Shown here: piece by piece, positions 1 through 11,399 of the stretch
Numbering within the stretch: position 1 is the stretch's first letter
How the letters are laid out: each line of letters opens with the position of its first letter
Assembly: GCA_038087875.1 (NCBI GenBank)
Contig: CM075988.1
Span: 21,888,001 to 21,952,000 of the forward strand
DNA length: 64,000 bases
From: Malacoraja senta
Lineage: Eukaryota
Reading direction: 5' to 3'
Program-made: the position numbers and the translations under genes
Notes under the pieces: model-generated
What the model saw: the letters and a program-made list of their open reading frames with translations, nothing else
Databases searched by the model: none
What the model was told of the DNA's origin: nothing

Positions 1-2034
1 TCAGTGGGCGAGGCAGCATCTTTGGAGCGAAGGAATAGGTGACGTTTCGGGTCGTGATCCTTCTTCAGACTGATGTGGGGGTGGGGGGGGGGGGTGTGTG
101 GGAAGAAGAATGGAAGAGGTGGAGATTTAAACCAGCATCTGCAGTTCTTTTCTACACACTAAAAGAGGTTCTATTTGGGAATACGGAAATGGCAGTAAAA
201 TTGTACAAATACACTTTGACTGCATTTATGGAAGAAGGCACAGAACGCCTACAGGAGGAATACAGGTCTGCAGTTAATGAGGAGGTGAAAGGAATTAGTC
301 TCAGTAAAAACTGGTATTTGATGGAGGAAGCCAAGCCCAGGATAAATCACGCCCTTTACAAAGTATATTCCAGTGAACTCAATGCCATTAATTCTTCTAC
401 CTTCCTCGCCTGACTCCGTGTCATAAGATAGGTGTAATTAGCCTTGCGTTCCTCCTGCATGCCTTACCACACCCACATTTTTTCTGCCAACTGCAATGAC
501 TTGGGCTTTCTTCTATCTATGACTGCACCTCCCTTTCTCCAACCGTACATCCTCTGTCTCTCCCTTACCGCTGCCCAAGTGGTTACAACTCTCCACACCG
601 GTGGCGCAGCAGGTAGCCCTGCTGCCTCACAGAGCCAAAGACCCGGGTGTACAATCCTGACCACGGACGCTGTCCGTGTGGAGTTTGCACGCTCCCCCTG
701 TGACCGTGTGGGTTTCCTCCGGTTTGCCCGTTTGCAGGTTAATTTTGCTTCTGCAAATTGCCCCCAAAACATAGGGGATTACCGTTAATGCGAAAGAGGG
801 GTAACAAAGAACTCGTGTGAATAGATGATCGATCGGTGGTCAGCGTGGACTCGGGTTTCCACGCTGCATCTCCAAACGAAACTAAATTAAGCTAAATAAC
901 CTTAGCATGGACAGTTAAAGCACAATATGCTGGGGTAACTCAGCGGGAGCCCCAAGATGTCCCATTTACACTAGTCCCACCTGCCTGCATTCGACCCACA
1001 GCTGACCAATCCTTTCCTATCCATGTACGTGTCTAAATATCTTTTAAATGATGTCATAGTACCCGGCTCAAGTAACTCCTCCTGCAGCTCGAAGCACAAC
1101 CACATCCATGGTATCACATCCATTGCTTTGATTTTTAACAATGTTCTTTCCATGCAAGAATTAAACACCTCTGTGAATTGTGCCCTATTAACATAAGCAA
1201 TTACCAAACTTTGCTCTCACACAAGGATTATTCTCTGAAAAATGGGAATTTGAGCCGAGAACAAACGTTCAAATTAACCAATCTGCAAAGCATTAACAAG
1301 TCATCTGCAGCCACTGGGATTTGGAAAGTCAGAACGTGATTATTCCTGACATTAATGGAAATGTTTCTGCAAATACTTTGCTTCCCTCTTCATTCTTTGT
1401 GTTACATGGAACAGTACATTGTGCGCAGGAAGGAACTGCAGATGCTGGTTTAAACCGAAGATAGACACAAAAAGCCCGGAGTAACTCAGCGGATCTGGAG
1501 AAAAGGAACAGGTAAATTACAGAAACATTACAGAGGTAATGTTTCGTGTTGTGACTCTTCTTTAGACCAGTACAGCACAGGAAGAGGCCATTCAGCCCAT
1601 AATGTCCGTGCCGAACATGTTGTAAAGTTAAGCTCGTCACCTCTTGCCTGCACATGGTCCACATCCCTTCACTTCCTGTAAGGAATGGACGGCAGACAGT
1701 GTGATTTGGTTCCACCGAGTTCAAGGAGTGTTCAGGAGCCTGTTGCAAGAGTTGAAGAATATTAGATTACTCCTAGATGCAAGAGTCGTCACGTTTCCAC
1801 CACCATCTTGAGCACCTTCATGTTCAGAGTGGTTAAACACTGTCTATTGAAGCCAGTCGTCGGGGGTTGGGGCTTTCCAATTGGGATCATTGAGGTCAAT
1901 GGAAGAATGTGCATGTGAACTGGCCCTCGTTGAAACCTCCAGGATGAGATCAAGAAAGGCATTAAGCGGTCTATCTCTGCGTGAATGTATAGTTCAAAAC
2001 ATATCGCTGCTACTCAAAGCACGGTTTATCTACG

Positions 2035-2350
2035 GCGGTCATGGTGGCGCAGCGGTAGAGTTGCGGCCTTACAGCGAATGCAGCGCCGGAGACCCGGGTT
2101 TGATCCCGACTGCAGGTGCTGTCTGTACGGAGTTTGTGCGTTCTCCCCGTGACCTGCGTGGGTTTTCTCCGAGATCTTCGGTTTCCTCCCACACTCCAAA
2201 GACGTACAAGTTTGTAGGTTAATTGGCTTGGTAAATGTAAAAATTGATCCAATGGGCTTAATATCCTAGTGTTAATATCCATGATTGCTGGTCGGCGCGG
2301 ACCCGGTGGGCCGCAGGGCCTGTTTCGGTGCTGTATCTCTAAACTAAAAA
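2035..2350 (+). mobile_element. tRNA-derived SINE (HE1/V-SINE-like), representative copy
   Basis: A-box tggcgcagcggtag and B-box-like ggtttgatcc, a conserved core and an (aaact)n tail. Other copies at about 595-895, 11800-12015(-), 12170-12370, 13700-14050(-), 15395-15685, 17555-17830, 20940-21245(-), 49095-49232(-), 51700-51935(-), 54720-55020(-), 58235-58535(-), 60645-60950(-). Confidence 0.8.
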
Positions 2351-3128
2351 TAATATTCTGCTTTTTGTGTATCCAGGGAGACTTACCTCAACACAGTAAC
2401 AAAGGAGGCATAGTTTGGATGAGTTTGACTCTAAGAAGCATCTTGACTGTCCCGGTGAACTAGTTTGTCCCAGCAACGTGTTTGAGCGTTCAGAAGTCTC
2501 CTAGCAATTACTGTGTACTCCCATTGTAAATGTGTCATTCTGCAGTTACCTGTCAACGTAAAGCTAAGTAGAAAATTATAGTTATCAAAACTTCTTGTCT
2601 ATTTTTATCGTTGACTTTATATTTTAAAACGTAGGCAAAAACTGGGCGGCACGGTGACGCAGCTGATTGAGATGCTTCCTCACTGCACCAGAGATCCGGG
2701 TTTAATAGTAAGATTAAACGAGAACTTACCAGTTTGAAGTTTGATCTGTATTTTATGAGGAGTTACGATGAGGGATTACGTGAAGAACCCGTCCAGCACG
2801 CATGCGCGACATACTTCAAAGCAGCGGTGTGGAATCACAGGAAACACAATCATTGAAATAAACATAGTAAAGAAAAGGAGAACTAAGATACCAGTTGATA
2901 TCTATAATTGAGGGTGGGAGCGGAGGGCACGTAATCCCTCATCGTAACTCCTCATAAAATACAGATCAAACTTCAAACTGGTAAGTTCTCGTTTAATCTT
3001 ACTATTTTACTTCGGAGTCACGTGAGTGACTACGTGAAGATTTTAAAGCTCTGTGATTTCAAACCGTGTAACAGTTCATACTTCACTCGCTGCCGAAGTC
3101 ATTCAAGGGAGGAAGTATGTTATCGTAA

Positions 3129-4193
3129 TCAACCATGAATCTGTTTGTAAACAATAATGGTATTTATTAAACAATAACAAAAGAAAAATGCTCCCCCAGG
3201 CTTAAATTCTATATTTGCAGATTCTAAAACTCTTTCTGCAAATAACACAGGTTCTGCTAGCGGCTTGTGGTAGAACGTTTGGAACGATTTCTCCATGGAC
3301 CACCCCGCTGTAGCCAGGATGTGGTCCAGTGGTACGTCCATCCTTTTAGCCGCCGATGTGGATGCTGCCCTGGTGGAGTGAGATGTATATACGTCAGTAT
3401 CTACTCCAGCAGCTCCCAGTACCTGCTTGAGCCATCTTGAGATGGTTTGGCTCCACACCCGACCATGAGGTTTCTTGTGGCTGACCCATAAGGCTTTTTC
3501 TCTCCCTCGGGAATCTCTTGTTGTGTTGATGCAAGTGAGTAAGTGAGTCATGACACACAACCGTGTGTCAGGTGGGTATGCCCGGAAATCCATAACTAGG
3601 CCTGAAGTTCCTGGCCTGCTCTGCTTTACCAGCTCCTGAATGGTGAATGAGACCTGGTCTGGTGTTATAACCATGTTGTCCAGTCGCAGTAAGTGGAGGG
3701 ACTGGACTCTTTGTGCTGAGACTAGTGCCATCAGCATGACCGTTTTCAGGGTTAGCTGTTCCAGGGTGAGAGACCTGGCTGGTGACCATCCCCTTAGGTA
3801 TGTCAGGACCACACTGACATCCCAGATTTGGGTGTACCCAGGTCTAGGGGGGTTGGAGTTGAATATACCCCTCATGAGTTTGATCACCAGCGGGTGAGAC
3901 CCTATGGCCTGTTGTCCTGGTGCCTGTTTTAAGTAGGCTGACAGAGCACTTCTGGCAGTATTGATGGCGCTGTAGCTCAGTCCTTCATTATGGTGAAGGC
4001 CAGCCAGGAACTCCAGTACATTGGTTATGGTTGCAGATGAGTATGTTGTCCCAGTATTCGAGCAATATCTTTCCCACTTCCTGATGCTCGATAGGTATTG
4101 TTTCCTGGTGGACATACGGTGGTACGCTGTCATCGTGTTGATGCTCCTGTCAGACAACCCCAGGCCCAGCAGTGGTCTTTTCATAATCTGCAA
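3129..4193 (-). CDS. DIRS tyrosine recombinase
   Basis: 354-aa open ORF with YR catalytic motifs: SAQR, HSTR (HxxR), AGW and TFY. Confidence 0.9.
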   Translation of the reverse strand: MQIMKRPLLGLGLSDRSINTMTAYHRMSTRKQYLSSIRKWERYCSNTGTTYSSATITNVLEFLAGLHHNEGLSYSAINTARSALSAYLKQAPGQQAIGSHPLVIKLMRGIFNSNPPRPGYTQIWDVSVVLTYLRGWSPARSLTLEQLTLKTVMLMALVSAQRVQSLHLLRLDNMVITPDQVSFTIQELVKQSRPGTSGLVMDFRAYPPDTRLCVMTHLLTCINTTRDSRGREKALWVSHKKPHGRVWSQTISRWLKQVLGAAGVDTDVYTSHSTRAASTSAAKRMDVPLDHILATAGWSMEKSFQTFYHKPLAEPVLFAERVLESANIEFKPGGAFFFCYCLINTIIVYKQIHG

Positions 4194-4670
4194 CCCAGTA
4201 GGTTAATTGTGTCATGGCATGGATGACTTATGCCTGATACCGGGTGAGTCAATAGGTCTGGGCTACTGGGAAAGGTCATAGGAGTTTTGATGACCATGTC
4301 GAGGACCACTGGGAACCATGGCTGTGTAGGCCAGTCGGGTACTATCAAAATACCTGAAGCAGTCCATCTGTATTTTGCGTAGTACCCTACTGATGAGGCA
4401 GAAGGGGGGAAAAGCATAAAATAAATAGTTTCCCCAGTTCAGCGCGAATGCATCTATCGCTGCTGCCTCAGGGTCTGGTTCCCAAGCGACATACATTGGT
4501 ACCTGGTGATTTAGTCTGGATGCAAAGAGATCGATATCTGGTGTGCCATATTGCTTTGTAATTTTAGCAAAAGCTTTAGGATTTAACATCCATTCGGTGT
4601 TATCATTGAATTTGCGTGACCTGGTGTCTGCCACTGTATTTAGCTTGGTAGGTAAATTGCTGATAGCCAA
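4181..4670 (-). pseudogene. DIRS N6-adenine methyltransferase-like (MT) domain, frameshifted
   Basis: DIDLFAS...IDAF...YAFPPF, then ILIVPDWPTQPWFP in a second frame. This is the Dam-like MT domain known from DIRS1 pol. Confidence 0.8.
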
Positions 4671-6107
4671 ATATGTCTATCGACACACCATTGCCAGATT
4701 TTGTTGACCAAATTGTCACATGATATCGATTTTATTCCGCCCATATGGTTAATATAGGCCACCACCGTGGTATTATCAATCTGTAAACGAACATGTAAAT
4801 GGTGCATATTCGTAGAATATGCTTTTAAACCATAAAAGGCACCCAACATTTCCAAATAATATATGCCCAGTGTTTGTAGTAAAGATGATTCTAGGTTAGT
4901 CCATCTACCACCTGTGCTGGATATGGTATTAGTTGCTCCCCAGCCTTGAGCACTGGCATCTGTTTGTATAGTTAACGTTGGGTTATTGATGATGATAGGG
5001 CTGGAATTATGCCAAATGTACTCTATCCACCACTGTAACTGATATTGCTTCAATGGGTAATTTCATGGTTCGGTCAAAGTGACCTGCATGTCGTTTTAAC
5101 GCCTGTACTTTTGCCCTTTGTAGGTTTTGATAGTGCAGAGGTCCAAATTGTGTAGCTGGAAATGCTGCTACCATTTTGCCAATTACTCTTGCCACTTGTC
5201 GGATGGTCGGTCGATCGCTAACCATTAAATTGTTACACGTCTGTGCCAATTCTGCTGCTTTATCTTTTGGCAACGTTACAGACATGTGGACTGAGTTAAT
5301 TGTGAATCCCAGATAGTCCATAATTGTGGATGGCGTCAACTTAGATTTATCTGGATGTAAGACAAATCCCAGGGTTTCAAACAATTGTTTGGTAGCTAAT
5401 ACAGCTGATTTAGCCAACTCCATGGTTTTGCCTACTATTAGAATATCATCAAGATATGCCATGACAATATGTCTCTGTTTTCTTAATGTTGCCAAGGCTG
5501 ATTTTAATATCTTGGTAAATAGTCTTGGGGCTGATGTTAACCCATTAGGCAACGCTTTAAACTGCCATAGTTGCCCCATCCAGGTAAATTTCAGGTATCT
5601 GCGATGACCCTTATGAATGGGCACTGTATAGTAAGCATCTTTTAAATCAATGCTTGCCATAAAGTATCCTTTGGAAATCAGTTGTTTGGCAGTTACAAAT
5701 GTTTCCATTTTGAAATGTACATACTTAACAAAGGTATTTAGTGAGGTTAAGTCAATGATGATGCGACATCCACCATCTTTTTTGTTTTTGGTAAATATAT
5801 TTGAGACAAATTCCAAAGGTTCATGTTTGGATTTCTCAATGATACCCTTTGTAAGTAACCTCACCAGTTCTGCTTGACCCTCTAGTTTTTCTTTGACTGA
5901 GAGGGTAAAGACCCTTTGGGGTACATGCTGAACTGGTGGCATATTTTCTTGAATGAACTCTATTTTGTATCCACGAATACTGTTAAGTATATAACTATCA
6001 TTCGTGATAGACCTCCATGCTTCAATGAACAGGTGTAATCTCCCCCCTGTTAGTACAGTTCCCCCACTTTTTATATGCTGGTAGGAATCAGACCCACCTA
6101 CCTCCAT
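4640..6107 (-). pseudogene. DIRS reverse transcriptase and RNase H (frameshift near 5040)
   Basis: RT motifs IDLKDAY, LPNGLTSAP, YLDD and YLG. RNase H motifs TDAS..GWG, LEM and DNTT. Confidence 0.9.
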
Positions 6108-6129
6108 AGTTATGGGAGTGTTCCTTTCT

Positions 6130-7369
6130 TCGGTTTCTTCTCTGTCGTTGTACTGCTGGATGTACTGCTGGTTGGGGGTGGCGCATTTTCCATGGGGTCA
6201 GCTCTGGGCCCTGGCCTAAAAAAGGCTTTCGGGGATGGTATGCGGACCCCGAGCTTTCACCAGTCCCATGAATTTGACGTCAACTGGTGGACGCGGTGGG
6301 GTACTGCCGTCTGGGTTGTGTGGGTCTGCTCGTTCCGGGGCCTGCCCTCATGAGGCCGAATGCTTTGGACTCTTCCTCCAGGTCTTTCACTTGTTTTGAC
6401 AAGTCCTTTCCAAATAACAGGATCTGTGGCTCTGAGGCCGGTGTTTTGCACAGTCCTGCATATTTGGGATTGAGGGCAGGTCTTATTATCTCCTTGCGGA
6501 GGTTTATCTCATATTGAGTGTTGCACAGCAGAGCCAGAGTGTCTTGCTGGTTGGTGGTCATATCCACCCTATCCACGGAACGAGCATAGAATGTTATACC
6601 TGTCGTCAGGAGCTTGAGGATACGCTGTAATTTTCGCTCCTGGTTCCGGATACTCTGCCCAACATACCCCCAGATTTGGCTGTTAACGGCCGGTACGTTG
6701 AGTGAACTGCAGTTCTCCGGAGGCGAGTAGAGTTCTAGTGCCTCATTGACTACCGGTTCTTGTAGGGGTTTGAGGGACAGGTAGTCAATGCTGGCCGCCA
6801 GTTTTGGCTGCAACGGCCGCCCTGCTCGTGGTGTAGCCACGTAGCGATTCACCACACCCAGCAGCTCTTCCTGGTCCTGTACCCCAAGCGTACTCCCGAT
6901 ATCTTCGGCCAATGACCCCTGCTCCTGACCAGCCCAGCCCTGGTCGCCAACGCTGCCCTCGGCTGAAGGGGAAGCGATGGCCAGTGCATTGTAAGGCCCT
7001 GGTGTGGGAGTGCCTGAATTTTCGTTGGCGAGACTGCTCCAGCTCCCGAAGCAAGTCTCGCTGGAGCATTTGCTCCATGAGCCTTTCCATGCGGCTCAGG
7101 CGGCTACCTCTGCCGCTCTCAGGTGGAGAGTCCTCCTCATCGGAGTTATCAGATATCACCGGCCGGTCAGTTTTTTGTTTTGATTTACCTCCAGTCCGCT
7201 GCTGTTGGTCAGGCTGCGCTAGCGGTACTGGGCTCGGCTCGGTCTCAATGATTGTGGACCGCAGCATGTGCGGTCCAGGTGCCGCCTCTCACCCCCCACT
7301 GATGGGACACTCCTGTTCTGTTGGAGTCGAACGGGGGGCGGTCTTGTTCCCTTGCCGTGCTTTGCTCAT
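6130..7369 (-). pseudogene. DIRS gag-like ORF1, frameshifted
   Basis: Lies upstream of RT. Overlapping ORFs 6785-7267 and 6280-6912 contain PENC..L.VP.VN..IW and LLFG motifs. Probable ATG at 7369. Confidence 0.65.
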
Positions 7370-8202
7370 TTTTCCAGCTTCTTCAACCTGGAATTCACAA
7401 AGCAGAGCAAAGCTTCCTAAGTACGACCTCAGAGTATATACTTACCTGATGGTCCGCTTTTTTAAACTTGTAGCGGGAGCGCATGTACTCCCGTTCGTCG
7501 CTGTTGCACTGCGTGAACGCTAATGTCGCGCATGCGTGCTGGACGGGTTCTTCACGTAGTCACTCACGTGACTCCGAAGTAAAATTGTGACCTTGAATAC
7601 TGGCTGTGTGGAGTTTGCACGTACTCCCTATGACCGCATGGATTTCTTCCGGGTGCTCCGAATTTCTTCCCGCATCCCAAAGGCGTGCTGGTTTGTAAAG
7701 TCATAGTCGTACAGCGTGGAAACAGGCCCTTCGGCCCAACTTGCCCACACCGACCAACATGTCCCATCTACACTAGTCCCACCTACCTGCGTTTGGCTCA
7801 TATCCCTAGAAACCTGTCCTATCCATGTACCCGTTCAAATGTTTCTTAAACTTTGCGATAGTACCTGCCTCAACTACCTCCTCTGGCAGCTCATTCCATA
7901 CGCCCACCACCCTCTGTGTGAAACGTTACCCCTCATGTTCCTATTAAATCTTTCCCCCCTCACCTTAAATGTATGTCATCTGGCTCTTGATTCCCCTAAT
8001 CTGAGTAAGAGTCTCTGTGGGTCTCTACCTGATCCATTACAGGTTAATTGGCCTCTGAAAATTGCCCCTAATGTGCCTGGAGTTGATGGGAAGTTGGGAT
8101 AACATAGAACCAGCGTGAACGAGCGATCGATGGTCAGCATGGAATCAGTGGGCTGAAGGGCCTGTTTCTATGTTGTATCTCTATGTTGGAGATTCTACTG
8201 TA

Positions 8203-8390
8203 AAAGCCCTGTCCCACGGTACGAATTCATTCCAAGAGCTCTCCCGAGTTTGCCCTGATACGAACTCGGAGATTTACGGTAATGGCCACTCGTCGGTACT
8301 CGGGGCTCTCGTGGACATTTTTCAACATGTTGAAAAATCTTCACGAGTCTTCCCGTGCTTACCTGCCGTTAGCGAGTCTTCCCGAGTACC
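8203..8390 (+). mobile_element. Fragment of a Harbinger-like non-autonomous DNA transposon (one terminus)
   Basis: Begins aaagccctgtcccac, resembling the gggcctgtcccac terminus at 33925. Internal similarity to 34500-34560. Confidence 0.45.
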
Positions 8391-8484
8391 AACGAACACA
8401 GTCAATGGCAAGAATTGGTGCACAGAAAGAGGCAAAGAAATAGAGCAAATAGAGTAAATACCTTGGCTGAAGCTCGCGCCCGGG

Positions 8485-9524
8485 CTATGGCGGCCCACTA
8501 GGTTCGGGATGCCCTCCGTCATCTCCACGGACCGAGGGGCCCAGTTCACCTCTTCCTTGTGGTCGGCCCTGGCACAGCTCTACGGCGCCCGGCTGCACCA
8601 GATGACCGCCTACCACCCGGAGGCTAACGGGCTGAGTCGAGAGGTTCCATCGGCACCTTAAGTCGGCGCTGAAGGCCCGGCTTACGGGTCCGGACTGGGT
8701 GGACCAGCTGCCTTGGGTCCTCCTGGGTATCGGTACTGCGCCTAAGGAGGATTTGGCCGTTTCCTCGGCTGAGTTCGTGTATGGTTCGGCCTTGCGGGAC
8801 AGGAGGTTTCGGACCCGGCGTTGCTGGCCGGCCTTCGTGAACGAGTGCGCACGTTGGCTCCCGTCCCCACTTCCAGACATGGGTCGTCCGCGGTGCATGT
8901 GCCCACGGTGTTACAGAAGTGTGCCTGTGTTTTCCTCCGCAGGTTCGCTCACCACTCTGCAGCAGGTCTATGAGGGGCCTTTTCGGGTGCTGCGGGCCGG
9001 AGGCGCCACGTTCATTTTGGACATGGGTGGCCGGCAGGAGTTCGTCTCCGTCGGCCGTTTCAAGCCAGCCCACGTGGATGGTGACAGCCCGGTGGTCGTT
9101 GCTCCACCGCGACGTAGTGGTCGTCCGCCCGTTCTGAGCACACCTGTTCCCGGCTTTGTTCCGCCGGCCCCCATTGTGACGACCGTCCCCCTTTCACGGC
9201 CCTCGCGCCCTCCCGGCCCTGTTTTGCCGGCTCCTACCGTTACACGCATCCTGCTTTCGAGAACCACGCGTTCCGGACGGATCATCCGGGTCCCTGCTCG
9301 GTTCCGTACCTCGGGTTCTGGGGGGGGGGCATCTAGCGGCACCTGCTGGTCGGGTTCCTCGGGCATGTGAGGGGTTGCGTTTTGCGCGCTTTCTGGCGCT
9401 GCTCCTTCAGTCGCTCTAGACCACCGTTGTGACTGGATCTGTTTTGTTGGCTGTGTGAGACCCATCGACAGTTTAACCGTTTTACGAATAAAACGAATAA
9501 ATACATTTTAGTGCCTTCCCTCAC
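8485..9524 (+). mobile_element. Ty3/Gypsy LTR retrotransposon 3' remnant: integrase, PPT and 3' LTR
   Basis: Translates RFGMPSVISTDRGAQFTS..TAYHPEANG..ERFHRHLK..WVLLG..YEGPF. G-run PPT at about 9320-9329, then an LTR-like segment about 9332-9524 with AATAAA that ends in CA. Confidence 0.85.
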
Positions 9525-10079
9525 AGCGGAGAGTGCAGATTCTGCTGTGGGGGGATGTTCGTGTTGAATCTCTTATAGTGTGTTGTGTCATTTTTTTTCA
9601 ACCTCTTTTTATTATTTATATGGGTAATTTTCTTTGATTGAAATTGATTGAAAAGTGCTATATAAATAAATTTACTTTACTTTACTTTAAAACGTAATTC
9701 AAACATTCGACTCTCGTCTCCATCCGCCAAAATAGCATTTTTATGAAAGTGCCTTCCTTTTAGATTCTTTTCAAGATTTGAAGTTCCTTTAGCAAACTGT
9801 GTTTCCATATGGTAATTGACAAGTCAATCATGTTATCATTGCCTGAAATTCTCTGAACATAACACTGCAGTCTGTAAAGTATTTCACCACCCCACCCACC
9901 ATTATTCAACCAGTTCACTCAACTTGTTATGTATTTATACAATTCCTGGCATTGCAATAATAGCACAAAATAAATACAGTAAATCACAGAATGGTCACTT
10001 TGATTGTTATCATGGATAAGCCTTTCTCTCAGCACCATATTCCTGCTCTCTCACCACACCCCATTTAGCTGTCTCTCTG

Positions 10080-10520
10080 TTAAACCTGATCTCCCGGTTG
10101 CCGGACAGTTTAATTCTCCTTCCCATTCCTACACTGACCTTTCTGTCCTAGGTCTCCTCCATTGTCAGAGTGAGGCTAAACGCAAATTGGAGGAACAGCA
10201 TCTCATATTTAGTTTGGGCAGCTTACAGCCCAGTGGTATGAATAGTGATTTCTCTCACTTCAGGTAGCCCCGGCATCCCCACTCTCTCTATCCTTCCCCC
10301 ACCCAAGTCGCACTAGCTTCTCATTTTCACCCAACAAACAGCTAACAATGGTCTCTTTCCTTTATCGTCGTTACTTTTTTGCATATCTTTCACTCATTGT
10401 TCTTCATCTCTCCACATCACCACCTATATCTCCCATTTCCCTTATCCCTAACCAGTCTGAAGACGGGCCACGACCCGAAACATCGCCCATTCCTTCTCTC
10501 CAGAGATGCTGCCTGTCCCG
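10080..10520 (+). mobile_element. Penelope-like element 3' end: GIY-YIG endonuclease C-terminus and terminal repeat
   Basis: Reads PVAGQFNSPSHS..LGLLHCQSEAKRKLEEQHLIFSLGSLQPSGMN. Related copies at about 18130-18550 (-) and 57880-58070 (+). Confidence 0.75.
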
Positions 10521-10525
10521 CTAAG

Positions 10526-11399
10526 CAAAGATCCTATAGCGGAGCAAGATAGACCACTCCTGCTAAATGCAATGGGCTGACGTGTAGTACGCAACGGAAC
10601 GGAACGTGGGCCTTTTTTTCATCCATTTCCGTAACCGGACCCGACCCGACCCGACCCGACTCGCAGTGTAATCAACGTTGCGGGGGAACAGTTTGTGTTA
10701 ATAAATTAAAATTCTGAAAATGAGGAGAAGATTTTTACCAAATAACTTTTATTTTTACGAGGATGTTTCCGTAACCGGCTTCCGTCTCCGCACTAGTTAT
10801 CTTTGCTCCGCAATTGAATTGAATTGAATTGAATTAGACTTTATTAATCCCCTTATTCAGGGGAAATTCAGATGTCCTTGCAGCACACCAATAAAATACA
10901 ACATAGCATTAAAAAGAAGTTCAACACCAAAACATCCCCCCACAGTGGTTCCCACTGTGGGGGAAGGCACAAAGTCCAGTCCCCATCCCCTTGTCCACCC
11001 AGAGTCGGGCCCACTGAGGCCTCCACAGTCGCCGCCACGGCGCCCGATGTTCTCGCCGGGTGATGGTGCTCCGGCATCGGGAGAACCCCTAGCGGCGTGG
11101 GGTACCAGGAACGACCACCTTCCCACCGAAGACCGCGGCTTCCAAGCCAACAGACCGCGCCGGACGGAGCTCCACACACTGGCAATCTCAGCAAGAGATC
11201 CCAGGCTCCGGGATGTACCGTTCAGCGTCGCAGCTGGCCGCTCCACAGAACCGCTTGGGATCCACAGAACAATGGGATCTTTGGTGCGGAGACGGAGGCC
11301 GGTTACGGAAATGGGGTCGAAAATGACCCATGTATCTGCCCATGACCGTACTACGTCTTTTTCGTCGAGTGGACTATCTTGCTCGCTATAGGATCTTTG
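10526..11399. mobile_element. Non-autonomous hAT-like DNA transposon with a nested retroposon 3' end (about 10812-11270)
   Basis: TIRs caaagatcctatagcg and cgctataggatctttg. 8-bp TSD ccgctaag (10518-10525) and ccgctgag (11400-11407). The nested insert has an (aattg)n tail. Confidence 0.75.

Larger units (their letters stand above)
2704..7585 (-). mobile_element. DIRS1-type tyrosine-recombinase retrotransposon, full structure, with frameshifts in gag and pol
   Basis: Minus-strand gag-like, RT, RNase H, MT and YR ORFs. Inverted terminal match 2777-2812 with 7523-7558. Internal complementary region about 2928-3040 pairs with both termini. No TSD. Confidence 0.93.

Noticed and set aside
39..413. 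124-aa ORF at the window start
   Set aside because: Chimera of a Penelope-type repeat and a decayed CR1 fragment.
2040..2115. tRNA-like A/B-box sequence
   Set aside because: It is the head of a high-copy SINE, followed by the SINE core and tail, not a tRNA gene.
3129..4670. Integrase plus Dam-like methylase suggesting a prophage or bacterial contamination
   Set aside because: Both are standard DIRS1 domains, linked to RT/RNase H and ITR/ICR and embedded in vertebrate repeats.
6912..7523. 203-aa + strand ORF
   Set aside because: It is the antisense shadow of the GC-rich DIRS gag region and has no independent motifs.
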